From: a virus
Length of the DNA: 64,000 nt
IMG/VR virus record: IMGVR_UViG_3300024978_000198
Direction: 5' to 3' (one strand)
Positions 1-9,967 of this stretch are shown in pieces. Position numbers and translations under genes: made by a program. The notes beneath the pieces are model-generated. The model ran no database searches. It saw nothing but the letters and a program-made list of their open reading frames with translations, and had not been told where the DNA came from. Each line of letters opens with the position of its first letter. Positions within the stretch are counted from its first letter, which is position 1.

Positions 1-611
1 CAAAAACCGCGGCGTGGCCGACGTGTTCTTCATCGTCTGCGACGGCCTCAAAGGCCTGCCGGACAGCGCGAACGCGGTGTTCCCGCTGGCCACGATCCAA
101 ACCTGCATCATCCATCTGATCCGAGGCACGTTCCGCTACGCCTCGAAGAAATACTGGGACCGCATCGCCCGGGAGCTCAAACCGATCTATACAGCCCCGT
201 CGGCGGCGGCCGCGTGGGCGGCGTTCGAAGAATTCGAAGCCGAATGGGCGCCGAAATACCCTGCCATATCAGGGCTTTGGCGATCCGCATGGGAGCAGTT
301 CACGCCGTTCCTCGACTACGACATCGAGATCCGCAAGGTGCTGTGCTCCACGAACGCGATCGAGTCCCTCAATGCCAGGTTCCGGCGCGCCGTGCGAACA
401 CGGGGGCACTTCCCGTCCGAACAGGCAGCACTCAAGACGCTCTACCTCGTGACCCGATCGCTGGACCCGAAGGGCACCGGACAGGCACGATGGACCATGC
501 GGTGGAAACCAGCGCTCAACGCATTCGCCGTCACCTTCGCCGACCGCATGCCGGCCGCCGAAAACCTGTAGTACCAAAAACGCCGGTTACACCGAAATCC
601 GGACACTCCCC
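1..611 (+). mobile_element. Right part of an IS256-family insertion sequence; left end lies outside the window
   Basis: Transposase C-terminus, then a terminal sequence ending ...GGACACTCCC(C) at about 601-611, resembling IS256-family ends. Zinc-ribbon repeat coding sequence resumes immediately after it, mid-repeat. Confidence 0.85.
2..571 (+). CDS. IS256-family (Mutator) DDE transposase, 5'-truncated by the window edge
   Basis: Motifs VCDGLKGL, QTCIIHLIR, STNAIESLNARFRRAVRTRGHFPSEQAALK, typical of IS256 transposases. Confidence 0.93.
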   Translation, partial: KNRGVADVFFIVCDGLKGLPDSANAVFPLATIQTCIIHLIRGTFRYASKKYWDRIARELKPIYTAPSAAAAWAAFEEFEAEWAPKYPAISGLWRSAWEQFTPFLDYDIEIRKVLCSTNAIESLNARFRRAVRTRGHFPSEQAALKTLYLVTRSLDPKGTGQARWTMRWKPALNAFAVTFADRMPAAENL

Positions 612-3600
612 TGCCGGGTCGGGCAGGAAGGTTTGGTGGCTGTGCGGCGAGGGGCATGAGTGGGAAGCCGCTGTCGGCAATCGTTCCAGGGGTGACGGCT
701 GCCCCGCGTGCCCGCCCAAACCAAAGCTGGGGCGGTCGCTCGCCGAGGTGAATTCGGGGCTGGCGGCGGAGTGGCACCCGACCAAGAACGGGTCGCTGAC
801 CGCCTATGACGTCAGTGCCGGGTCGGACAAGAAAGTCTGGTGGCTGTGCGGCGAGGGACACGAATGGGGGGCAAAGGTCGGAAGTCGTTCAAGTGGTAGA
901 GGCTGCTCTGCGTGCGCAGCCAAACCGAAGCCGGGACAGTCGCTCGCCGAGGTGAATTCGGGGCTGGCAGCGGAGTGGCACCCGACCAAGAACGGGTCGC
1001 TGACCGCCTATGACGTCAGTGCCGGGTCGGGCAGGAAGGTTTGGTGGCTGTGCGGCGAGGGGCACGAGTGGGAGGCTAAGGTCAGTGGTCGTTCCAGGGG
1101 TGACGGCTGCCCCGCGTGCAGGGCCAAACCGAAGCCGGGACAGTCGCTCGCCGAAGTGAACGAGGATCTGGCGGCGCAGTGGCACCCGACCAAGAACGGG
1201 TCGCTGACCGCCTATGACGTCAGTGCCGGGTCGGAGAGGAAGGTCTGGTGGCTGTGCGGCGAGAGACACGAGTGGGAGGCCCGGGTCTATAGCCGATCGG
1301 GAGGTAAAGGCTGCTCTGCGTGCGCAGCCAAACCGAAGCCGGGACAGTCGCTTGCTGAGGTGAACGAGGACCTGGCGGCGCAGTGGCACCCGACCAAGAA
1401 CGGAGCGCTGACCGCCTATGACGTTAGTGCCGGGTCGAGTAGGAAGGTCTGGTGGCTGTGCGGTAAGAGACACGAGTGGGAGACCACAGTCGGCGATCGT
1501 TCAAAGGGTAGCGGCTGCTCTGCGTGCCCGCCCAAACCGAAGCCGGGGCAGTCGCTCGCCGAGGTGAACGAGGATCTGGCGGCGCAGTGGCACCCGACCA
1601 AGAACGGGGCGCTGACCGCCTATGACGTCAGTGTCTGGTCGGGCAGGAAGGTGTGGTGGCTGTGCGGCGAGGGGCACGAGTGGGAGGCTAAGGTCAGTGG
1701 TCGTTCCAGGGGTGACGGCTGCTCTGCGTGCCATGTGTTGAACAACAACATCTGGACCCGTGGTCGCGCTAAGGAGTTCGCCGAAACTTTGTCTCCGGGC
1801 GCCGTTCCTGCGAAGTGGGCGATGGTTGCCGCGTGGAAACAGAACGCTCTCACGTCGAAGCACGGAGCTGACCTACTCAATGCCATTGCGAAGGGAACAC
1901 CGCTTCCTGGAACCGAGATTGACAGTGACGATTCGGTCGGCACCACTGAAGCCCACACTGGCGAGACCGGCGCGGAAGTTGACCACCGGGATGCAGGGCC
2001 GAGTACCGAGATCGACGTATCGCAAGAGGATCTGGAGATCGTCTCCCCTGACCTGGAAACGGACGACTCCGATTCTGACCCGGACGACGAGTCGGATCGC
2101 GACCTGCCATCGCTTCGCGCCGAGAAGGTGCTCGCCGGGTTCGAGCACGCGCGCACCGTGTCGCCGGACGAGGAGCTGGTCAATTTCATGCTCTCGGATG
2201 CCGTGGCGACGTTGTGGCGTGAGGCGTACCGCGAGGACATCGGCGAGACGGTGCCGGGCCCGGGCGAATCGGTGTTCGACGTGGTGCGCTCCGGCGAATT
2301 GTCGGAGAACCAGCGCGTCGTCGCCGACGAGTTCCTGGCTCAGCACGAGCGGGCATCTGCGATCACGCCGCCGGCCGGCTGGTCGTTCGTCCGCCGCGGC
2401 GAGCCGATCGTGCCGAACCTGATGCAGAAGCACTTCGCCTCCCTGGTGCTCGAACGCCGCCGGGTCGGCAACTGGTCCGGCACAGGGGCAGGTAAGACGC
2501 TCTCGGCCGTGCTGGCCGCACGCCTGGCCGAGGCCGGAATGCCTGCACCCGACGGGTCTCTAGGCAAGGACGGCTTGATCCTGGTGCTCTGCCCGAACAA
2601 CACAGTGTCCGGGTGGGAGTCGACCATTGCCGGCGCCTACCGCGACAACCGAGTGGCGACGAAGACTCTCGATCCAACCTGGTCCCCTGGGTCGGGGCCG
2701 CGGTGGCTGGTCGTGAACTACGACCGGCTGCAGGACCGCGCCGCCGAAGATGCGCTTTCGCGGCTGTTGGAGCGTTTCCGGCTCAACATGGTTGTGATCG
2801 ACGAGGTGCATTTCTCGAAGTTCCGTGAGGGTACGGAGTCGTCGCAGCGGCGCGAGACCATCAGCCATCTGCTAGCCGAGGCCGGGCGAGAGAACCCCGG
2901 CATGTACGTGCTGGGTATGTCGGCCACGCCGGTGATCAACGATCTGTCAGAGGGCAAGTCGATTCTGGAGTTGGTCACAGGCGAGGAGATGCATGACCTG
3001 AAGACCAAACGCAGCATCGTCAATGCGATCTTGCAGCACGCTCAGTTCGTGCTCCACGGGGTTCGGTGGCTGCCGCGCTACAAGGCTCGTCTCGAACGTC
3101 CGCGGCGAGACCGGATCGATGTCACCGATCGGCTCGAAGCGCTCGTCGAGGCCAGCCGCTCGGATTCGCAGCTGCAGATCGAGCAGATCCTGGTGGACGC
3201 GAAACTGCCCACGATCGTCGATGACTGCCTTGAGGCGCACGAGCAGGGGCGCCGAACCTTGGTGTACACCGAGCTCGTCGACGGCATTGTCGATCCGATC
3301 AAGGACGCTCTGGAGGATGCCGGCCTGCGGGTGGGGGTGTTCACCGGTCAGGACAAGACCGGATTGTCGAAATTCCTCGGCATCGACTCCACCGGCGCGG
3401 GCGACCGCCCGCTACCCGAGTCGGAGCGAGTGGACGTCCTCATCGGATCGTCCGCAATCGGCACCGGCGTGGACGGGCTGCAGGACGTGGCCAGTCACAT
3501 CACCTTCGCGACTCTGCCGTGGACCGCGGCAAGCTACACCCAAGTGATCGGCCGGATCTGGCGTCAAGGGCAGAAGGCCGGTTGGGTCAGCGTCTCTGCG

Positions 3601-4530
3601 CCGACGTGTTTCGTGGCCACGCCCGATTCGGAGGACGGCCGGGACTGGTCGTACGACGATCAGCGTTGGGCTCGCATCCAGTTCAAGCGCACCCTCTCCG
3701 ACGCCGTCATGGACGGCGAAGTCGGCGCGGTGAACCTGGAGACGCAGAAGCAGCTGCGGCAGCGCATGGGCGACTGGTTGGAGCGGATCCTCACCGGCGA
3801 CCTGTCGACGATCGAGCGGCGCCCGCTTACCGGGGAGCTTCGCCGGATCGAGGTCGAGGCCGACGAGGACTCGACACACGGTGGCCGGCAACGGCGCTTC
3901 GGCAGACTCGCCGGGCTCAACTCGCGGTGGAACCGATCTGCATCGGCGGCTACTCATCGCCGGCTCTATGCGCATCCTGAGGAGTGGCACCTGTACCACC
4001 GGATCTACCGAGAGGCCCGCGAGACGTGGGACACGGTTCCGGCGCATGTCTTCGCCGACTGGCTGCAGGAGCGGACCGCGGGCAAGAAGGTAGCCGATCT
4101 CGGCTGCGGCGAGATGATCCTCGCAGACCGGGTCGCCGGGCGGCACGATGTTCGAGGGTTCGACCATGTGGCGATCGACGACCGAGTCACCGTCTGCGAC
4201 ATCGCCAACGTTCCGGCCAGCGACGGGGAGTTCGACTACGCGATCTTGTCCCTGGCGCTGATGGGATCTAACCATGCCGATTACGTCGCCGAGGCGCACC
4301 GCATTCTGGCCGTCGACGGGCAGCTATGGATCGCCGAAACCCGCACTCGGATCGGAGACGACGAGGACCGGATTCGGACGGCGCTCGCAGAGAATGGATT
4401 CGCTCTCACCGACATGTCCGCTGGCGAAACATTCATCCTCATCCGGGCAACCCGGCTACCGGCAGAGGCTATCGCCAACCCGGTGTCACTGCTGCTGCAG
4501 AGCGAACAGGACGAGTCCGTCGCTGCGTAG
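611..4530 (+). pseudogene. IS-interrupted multidomain gene: tandem zinc-ribbon repeats, SNF2-like SF2 helicase, C-terminal Rrp8-like class I methyltransferase
   Basis: Repeats WWLCxxGHEW...GCxAC; helicase motifs SGTGAGKT, VIDEVH, GMSATP, QVIGRIWRQGQ; MTase motifs VADLGCGE, VCDIANVP, LSLALMG. The track start at 214 runs through the IS and is artefactual. Confidence 0.8.
612..1733 (+). repeat. Coding tandem repeat, 204 bp (68 aa) unit, five full units plus one partial (DUF4379-like zinc ribbon)
   Basis: The SLAEVN codons recur at 736, 940, 1144, 1348 and 1552, a 204-bp period. Confidence 0.92.
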
Positions 4531-4738
4531 AGGGTCACGTGTCTCATCGGCTGCCCGAGCCCGCGGTATCTAGCGATCCGCCGCTGGTGCACCTGCCAAT
4601 AGGCAGGCGATTTTCTCCTTAATGGCAGGTGCACCAGGGTAGCCTTCGACACCTCCGACGTAGCTTGGCTGAACTGCCGGCCCCCGACCGGATCGCAGAG
4701 TTCCACAGCCAGCGCGACCGTCATGCCCATCTCTGAAC

Positions 4739-5323
4739 TCAGACCCGGGCCCCCGTCTCGGCCTGGTACTTCTGGATGCCCCACAGAATGGCGTGGCAGG
4801 CGAGCAAGTAGTGATGGTCGAAGTCGCGCCAGCGCTCCGGTGAGTCGAAGTCCCACAAGATGTCGTACTCGTCGCACAGGCCGACCGCTTCATCAGTGGT
4901 CGTGACGTCTCTCGACTTTCCGATCGCATCGGAGTCAGGGCCGCGGTTTTCCAGCAGCCACTCGGTGAACCTCTCCTGCGAGAACTGGCGCACCGGACGG
5001 GATCCGCGGGAGAGCTTTTCGGCCCAATATCCTGGATTGATCGTGCCCGGGCCCTGACCAGACGCGAAGAAAGCGAACATGTCGTCGTCGCGGGTGAAGA
5101 TGAACCCTTCGCCGATGTCACCACAGATCACCAGGCGCCCCGGCCATGTGATGAGATCGAAATGCCACATCATCGTGCCGGGCTTGGCGAATCGAATGTG
5201 ACGGTAGGCGCCGTCTTCGTGCAACACAGCCATTTCGTGCTCAGCGACTTCACCCAGCAGCTGCTGGTAGACGTACGGGTAGTAGTACCAGGCGAGCGTG
5301 CTGACCTTCGTCGCAGTGGTCAT
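4739..5323 (-). CDS. Hypothetical protein of phage/MGE type
   Basis: 194-aa ORF with GGGAG ribosome-binding site; ATG overlaps the stop of a short upstream ORF. Confidence 0.75.
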   Translation of the reverse strand: MTTATKVSTLAWYYYPYVYQQLLGEVAEHEMAVLHEDGAYRHIRFAKPGTMMWHFDLITWPGRLVICGDIGEGFIFTRDDDMFAFFASGQGPGTINPGYWAEKLSRGSRPVRQFSQERFTEWLLENRGPDSDAIGKSRDVTTTDEAVGLCDEYDILWDFDSPERWRDFDHHYLLACHAILWGIQKYQAETGARV

Positions 5324-5442
5324 TGCCGGTTCTCCCTGAAGTTGTCGGGTCTGTCAAATCCGGAGTGCGGTGCTGCCACGACCGCTACATCCTGCGCGTG
5401 TGCGCGGCATTCCCCTGACGTCGTCTGGCCGCTACCGACCAT
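5320..5442 (-). CDS. Putative 40-aa leaderless ORF, not in the track
   Basis: ATG lies exactly 5 nt after the class A motif; its TGA overlaps the next ATG (ATGA). Confidence 0.45.
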   Translation of the reverse strand: MVGSGQTTSGECRAHAQDVAVVAAPHSGFDRPDNFRENRQ

Positions 5443-5447
5443 GACCA

Positions 5448-5477
5448 CTACGTGTGCGGCCTCGCACTGGCACCCCC
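5448..5477 (-). promoter_or_regulatory. Class A motif GGGGGTGCC-N9-CCGCACACGTAG
   Basis: Exact spacing shared by 17 copies in the window. Confidence 0.75.
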
Positions 5478-5496
5478 CACGCCGTCTACCGCGGCG

Positions 5497-5508
5497 CCGC
5501 GCATAGAT
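5497..5508 (+). promoter_or_regulatory. Class B motif CCGCGCATAGAT, 5 nt before the ATG at 5514
   Basis: One of 13 copies directly upstream of tagged genes. Confidence 0.75.
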
Positions 5509-5513
5509 GGGTT

Positions 5514-7475
5514 ATGAGCGCAGCGAATCAGCCGAGAATCAAGCCAGGTGTGCCAACCGGCGGCCAGTGGGCCGCGTTCGAGCACAACGAAGCAGGGGTG
5601 TCCTTGTCGGATGCACCTCGCAAGCCGGCGTGGTCGGACATTCAGGCGCGGGTCGATGAACTGGCCAAGTCTGGCCATGCACCGGCGCGTGCAACTTCTG
5701 CCACGTCGGATCCACGACGCGCAGCGGGTGCGAAATCGTGGTGGGCGAATCACTTCGTGAATGCCGAGTACGGCGCCGCTGGTGGCGACTATCCCCAGAT
5801 GCCCGACGACTACACACCGAAGCGCACCGGCGGTAACGCGCTGTCAGGACATCGGCGCACACACCGGATGGCATATTCGACCGCAGACGGCAAGTTCTCG
5901 GTGCGGATGCCTTCAGCCACGTCGATCAAAGCCTTCGAGGGCGAGACCAGCGGCACGTTCGACGTACCGGTGTCCGCTGTGGACGCGGGCGGCAATACTG
6001 TTGCCGGCTGGGTCCGGGCCACCCGCTCGGGTGCCAACTGGAACGTGACCGCTCTCGGCGACTTCGGCGAGAAGACCGGCGCGCAGGTTTCGGAAGCGGT
6101 GTCCGCGGTACTGGAGTCTCGCCGTCCGTCGCGCTCGCTGCGCGATGTCGGTGACCTCCTCGAAGCACACCGGGCCCGCAAGGCCGCCGGTGGGGACACA
6201 TTCGTCGAGGTGCCTTCAACGTTCATCAGCGGGGTCGGCTACAGCGACGAGAACGGCACGATGGCCGTTGCGATCCGCGACAAACTCTATGGCTACCAGG
6301 TGTCCCGCGACGCGTTCGAAGCCGTGCGAAACTCAAGCTCCCCCGGCGGCGCCTACAACCGACTGGTAAAAGGACAGGCCCGATCCGAGCTCGGCCGTTG
6401 CGAGGAGTGCGGGCGCTTTTACGCTGCCGCCAATCCGCACACTTGCCCGACCGGTCACAAGCCGCCCACCGGCTTGACGATCGAGCACAACTTGGCCGCC
6501 CGGGCCTCGGTCGCTTCGATGGCGCGCCTAGCAATGCCTCCGACGCCTACCGCTGTCGATGACGGTCTGGACGACGAAACGCGCACCGCGATCGCCGCTC
6601 TCGCCTCCTACAAGGTCGGCGACAAGGACACCGAGGTAACCGCCGACGAAGCTCGGGATATTCTCGAATCCCTCTCGCCAGGTGACTGGTCCACTCGCGT
6701 CTACGGCATCGGCGTCTTCCCCAGCAATCCGACGCCACAGATCGTTCGCATCCATTCCGTTGCGAAGCTGGATTCGGACGCCTACCGCAGTCGCATCGCC
6801 AAGATGTGGGTTTCCGGCACCACGATCAACGATCTGGTTCAACCCGCCCGGCCCGCGCCTCCTCCCCAGCCGCCTTTCGGTACTCACACCGCGGTGCCGA
6901 AGGATGCGAAAACCGTTGATGTGCGCGCCTACATGATCGACGCCGGAAAGGAGCCACTCATCGACGTCGGGTGGAAGCCGGAGGGCTACCGGCGCGGCTG
7001 GACGACAGACCGGGCAGTGGCCGACAGTGTCGGCAAGTACACGTCTTCGCACTACCTCCCGCTGACCTACAAGAACTCGTCCGGGTACGGACAGCACTGG
7101 AATGGTGAGAGCGGCATCTTGCTCTACAGCGGCATCGGTGGCGAGGACGCCGGCGGGCTCGCTGAAGCGATCCCGGCCGGGCTGAAGGGTGAGCGCCAGG
7201 CCGATGGCCCAGCCGCTGCCGCGGTGCTTCAGGCCGCCGCGGCGAGCGACGGACGTCTGGAGGTCGGCGGCTACCTGGTGGGTCCCGATCGCACGGACGA
7301 GCGAGTCTCGACTGATTCCGTGTACCTGTACGACGCGACCGGGTCGTCACCTGAGTACGCGCTGCACACTCTCCGCACGAAGTACGGCGTCGATGCCGGA
7401 ACGCCGACTGAGGTTAAGAAGGTCGAAAACCCGTGGCGCCCCGGCGAGAAATGCTGGTACATGTTCTGGGACTGA
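5514..7475 (+). CDS. GGQF-tagged multidomain protein with a KTSC-like domain and CxxC-x-HxC knuckle
   Basis: Starts MSAANQPRIKPGVPTGGQWAAFEHNEAGVSL; KTSC-like VPSTFISGVGYS...LYGYQV...SSSPGGAYNRLVKG; CEECGRFYAAANPHTC. Confidence 0.8.
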   Translation: MSAANQPRIKPGVPTGGQWAAFEHNEAGVSLSDAPRKPAWSDIQARVDELAKSGHAPARATSATSDPRRAAGAKSWWANHFVNAEYGAAGGDYPQMPDDYTPKRTGGNALSGHRRTHRMAYSTADGKFSVRMPSATSIKAFEGETSGTFDVPVSAVDAGGNTVAGWVRATRSGANWNVTALGDFGEKTGAQVSEAVSAVLESRRPSRSLRDVGDLLEAHRARKAAGGDTFVEVPSTFISGVGYSDENGTMAVAIRDKLYGYQVSRDAFEAVRNSSSPGGAYNRLVKGQARSELGRCEECGRFYAAANPHTCPTGHKPPTGLTIEHNLAARASVASMARLAMPPTPTAVDDGLDDETRTAIAALASYKVGDKDTEVTADEARDILESLSPGDWSTRVYGIGVFPSNPTPQIVRIHSVAKLDSDAYRSRIAKMWVSGTTINDLVQPARPAPPPQPPFGTHTAVPKDAKTVDVRAYMIDAGKEPLIDVGWKPEGYRRGWTTDRAVADSVGKYTSSHYLPLTYKNSSGYGQHWNGESGILLYSGIGGEDAGGLAEAIPAGLKGERQADGPAAAAVLQAAAASDGRLEVGGYLVGPDRTDERVSTDSVYLYDATGSSPEYALHTLRTKYGVDAGTPTEVKKVENPWRPGEKCWYMFWD

Positions 7476-7487
7476 CCGCGCATAAGT
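7476..7487 (+). promoter_or_regulatory. Class B-like 12-mer CCGCGCATAAGT, 5 nt before the ATG at 7493
   Basis: Same core and spacing as the other copies, but the downstream gene is untagged. Confidence 0.55.
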
Positions 7488-7492
7488 ATGTC

Positions 7493-8155
7493 ATGAGGAG
7501 CTGTGCCCATCCTGAGGCGAACACTGTCGGACCGTCGATGAAGCTCGACGCACTGATGCATCGATACCGGCCGGCTTTCGCCGATACTTGGGCTGAGGCT
7601 CTGGAGATCGTCATGGCCTACGAACTGGAAACTAGACGCGTCGATGAGCTCGCGGCGGAGCTGTCGGCGGCCGGACGGTTCGACTTCCCGGTGGTGCTCG
7701 GGTTCGACGAGGTGATGAACGGTACGCAGATCCCGGCAGCGGTTGAAGACGGCATGCACCGCATCTTCGCGCACGTGCTCTCCGGCATCGACGACGTTCT
7801 CGTGTGCGATCTGAACCATGCGCCTAAAGAAGGCGGCTGGGTGGAGTTGGAGTGGATGCTTCCCGCTCCGCTGGCTGAATCGGTGATCGAGGAAATCGTC
7901 TCCCTCGGCTCATTCCGTATGGACGAGGACCACTGGACGGTCATGGAATCGTTCGGCACCAGCGACGCCTGGATGTCGGCATCCGTTTTCGGGGCTGCTG
8001 ATCACCTTGTGCATAAGACGCTCGCCGCGTACAGCGACCGGCTACATGCCGCCGGCGTCTCGCTCGGGCCTGGCATCGCGAGGTGGGCAACTGACCTGGA
8101 CGATTCGCCCGCATGGTCGGTCCTCCGCAGCGCAACCGGCCAGAACGTCAACTAG
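7493..8155 (+). CDS. Hypothetical protein, possible ParB/Srx-like fold
   Basis: PVVL...VEDGMHRIFA resembles the ParB DGxHR motif; start corrected from the motif. Confidence 0.55.
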   Translation: MRSCAHPEANTVGPSMKLDALMHRYRPAFADTWAEALEIVMAYELETRRVDELAAELSAAGRFDFPVVLGFDEVMNGTQIPAAVEDGMHRIFAHVLSGIDDVLVCDLNHAPKEGGWVELEWMLPAPLAESVIEEIVSLGSFRMDEDHWTVMESFGTSDAWMSASVFGAADHLVHKTLAAYSDRLHAAGVSLGPGIARWATDLDDSPAWSVLRSATGQNVN

Positions 8156-9066
8156 CGGATCGTGTGCACCCGCTCTGAATGGAGGATCGGGGCGTCTTCC
8201 GGCCCTTTGATATATGGCGCAATCCAGGTTGGTCTTCGGTAGGCGCCTTTCGGCCCCCACGGTTGGTTGCGCCAATGGCCGGACACGACCCACCGAGACT
8301 GGTATTCCCGGTCGGATTCGCCGCCGCCTCCGTTGCCATGGCCGCCGGCGATCGACACGATCCGCGCCGGTGTCGTCGGATGCCCCCGCCGTTCGAATCG
8401 CCTACGGTCCGCCGGGCGCAGCGCCTCTCCCGACTGGACGTCCGCGAGTGCGCGCTGCTCCATCAGTAGCCAGGTCGATACCGCACAGCGAAGCCACGTT
8501 TCCGAGAACTTCTCGGTCGCCACGGCGTTGGTCGGCGCCGTCACCAACAGTTCGTCGCGCCACGGAAGGTAGAACGAGGTGGACTCGGCGAGCCAGCCCA
8601 TTCCGATCGTGACCGCGGCAAGTTCCGGCCGGCTGAACACTGGTGAGTCGTCGTATCCGATCACCCACACGCCGTCTTCATCGGCTTTCCAGGCAAAGCC
8701 CCGGGCCGCCTGCCGCCCGATCGATGTGATCCGGCTGGCCACCGGATCCGCCCATACGAGCAGACCGGTTCTCGCCGGCAACATGTCCGGATGGCACCGA
8801 AACGCGGGCAGGGTCTTGCCTGATTCGGCGGCGAGGTGCGAAAAGGCCTCGTGGGCCCAGAACAACTCGGCCGTCGAGATCAGGTCATGCGTGTAGATCG
8901 CAAGGCGCTCGGGAAGGTCTGCTTTGGGCTCGGGTGAGACTTCCGGAGGAACGGGGAGAGCGATCCGTCGCGCCGACATCGCCCAGTCGTCAGCGGCCGA
9001 TGTCGTCAGGTAGCGAAGAAGCTTGGACCGGGCCTCGGGCATATCCTTGGCATATTTCAGCGGCAC
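8152..9066 (-). CDS. Hypothetical phage-type protein
   Basis: 304-aa ORF; C-terminal RWVVSGHWRNQPWGP...WIAPYIKGP block. Confidence 0.75.
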   Translation of the reverse strand: MPLKYAKDMPEARSKLLRYLTTSAADDWAMSARRIALPVPPEVSPEPKADLPERLAIYTHDLISTAELFWAHEAFSHLAAESGKTLPAFRCHPDMLPARTGLLVWADPVASRITSIGRQAARGFAWKADEDGVWVIGYDDSPVFSRPELAAVTIGMGWLAESTSFYLPWRDELLVTAPTNAVATEKFSETWLRCAVSTWLLMEQRALADVQSGEALRPADRRRFERRGHPTTPARIVSIAGGHGNGGGGESDREYQSRWVVSGHWRNQPWGPKGAYRRPTWIAPYIKGPEDAPILHSERVHTIR

Positions 9067-9075
9067 AGTTCGTCG

Positions 9076-9306
9076 CTATCCGCGTGCGGTACGGCGGAGA
9101 ATCGTGCATGCTGCAGCATCGTCGGCCGTCATCATCGGCGGATCTGTGGTCACGCCCAAGACGACCCGCAGAGTGTCACGCATGCCCTGCCAGTAGGCGC
9201 GTGACGCTGCACTGTATCCGTGAACAGACCACAACTCCGCTTGGTCGAGCGCTTCTTGCAGTTGCTCCACGCTCAGGTCAGCAAGCTTCGATGCCACCGT
9301 TCTCAC
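9076..9306 (-). CDS. Small hypothetical protein
   Basis: 76 aa, start overlaps the exonuclease stop. Confidence 0.6.
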   Translation of the reverse strand: MRTVASKLADLSVEQLQEALDQAELWSVHGYSAASRAYWQGMRDTLRVVLGVTTDPPMMTADDAAACTILRRTARG

Positions 9307-9821
9307 CCCTCAGTCATCCGCGTCAATGCAATATGAATCATCGCCGCGACAACAGCGTCATCCGCGGCGTCGTGATGATGCACCTGGTCGATGCCAAGGA
9401 ACGCTGCCACGTCAGGCAGCCGGTGACGGTTCAGGTTCGGTAGCGCGGCGCGCGCCTGCTTGAGGGTGCACACCCAGTCATTACGGGGCACGGCCAGGCC
9501 CTCGGCTGCGCACGCGGCCTTGAGTGTGGAGCGGTCGAACGGAGCGTTATGCGCCACGAGAGGCAGCGCGCCGACGATGTCGATGATTCGGTCGTAAGTT
9601 TCAGGAAATGGCGGGGCCCCGACGACCATGCGCGGGGTGATTCCGTGTACGTCTACGCACACAGGCTCGAAGATGCCGTTCTTGATGGACGCTGGCGGCC
9701 GCGACAGCCACGATTCTCGACTGACGATCTCGTCATCGACCACGACGGCGATGCCAACTTGGCAGATCGACCCGCGTCCGCGGTTGGAGGTCTCGAAGTC
9801 GATGGCGACAAAACCCGTCAT
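9303..9821 (-). CDS. DEDDh 3'-5' exonuclease (DnaQ/epsilon-like)
   Basis: ExoI FVAIDFETS, ExoII VAHNAPFD, ExoIII HHDAADDA; start corrected to 9821. Confidence 0.9.
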   Translation of the reverse strand: MTGFVAIDFETSNRGRGSICQVGIAVVVDDEIVSRESWLSRPPASIKNGIFEPVCVDVHGITPRMVVGAPPFPETYDRIIDIVGALPLVAHNAPFDRSTLKAACAAEGLAVPRNDWVCTLKQARAALPNLNRHRLPDVAAFLGIDQVHHHDAADDAVVAAMIHIALTRMTEG

Positions 9822-9916
9822 CACCGACCCCCTGCCGTGTCCTTGCACCTGCCATTTCGGATCGTCGATCTGGACGGTCTGGCGCTGTCGGTGGGAAGTC
9901 TAGGTTGTTGATGCAT
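9821..9916 (-). CDS. Putative 31-aa leaderless ORF (MHQQPRLP...), not in the track
   Basis: ATG 5 nt after the class A motif at 9922-9951; TGATG overlap with the exonuclease start. Confidence 0.4.
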   Translation of the reverse strand: MHQQPRLPTDSARPSRSTIRNGRCKDTAGGR

Positions 9917-9921
9917 ACCCT

Positions 9922-9951
9922 CCACATGTGAGGCAACCGGCCGGCACCCCC
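9922..9951 (-). promoter_or_regulatory. Class A motif
   Basis: GGGGGTGCC-N9-CCTCACATGTGG-N5-ATG. Confidence 0.7.
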
Positions 9952-9967
9952 GCAAGGCATGCTCTGC

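Noticed and set aside
214-610. Track start of the 1438-aa ORF at 214
   Set aside because: It is an alternative frame of the transposase and IS end; real coding signal begins only after the IS terminus.
612-1733. Possible CRISPR or satellite array
   Set aside because: The 204-bp units are contiguous, in-frame protein repeats with no unique spacers, and no cas genes are present.
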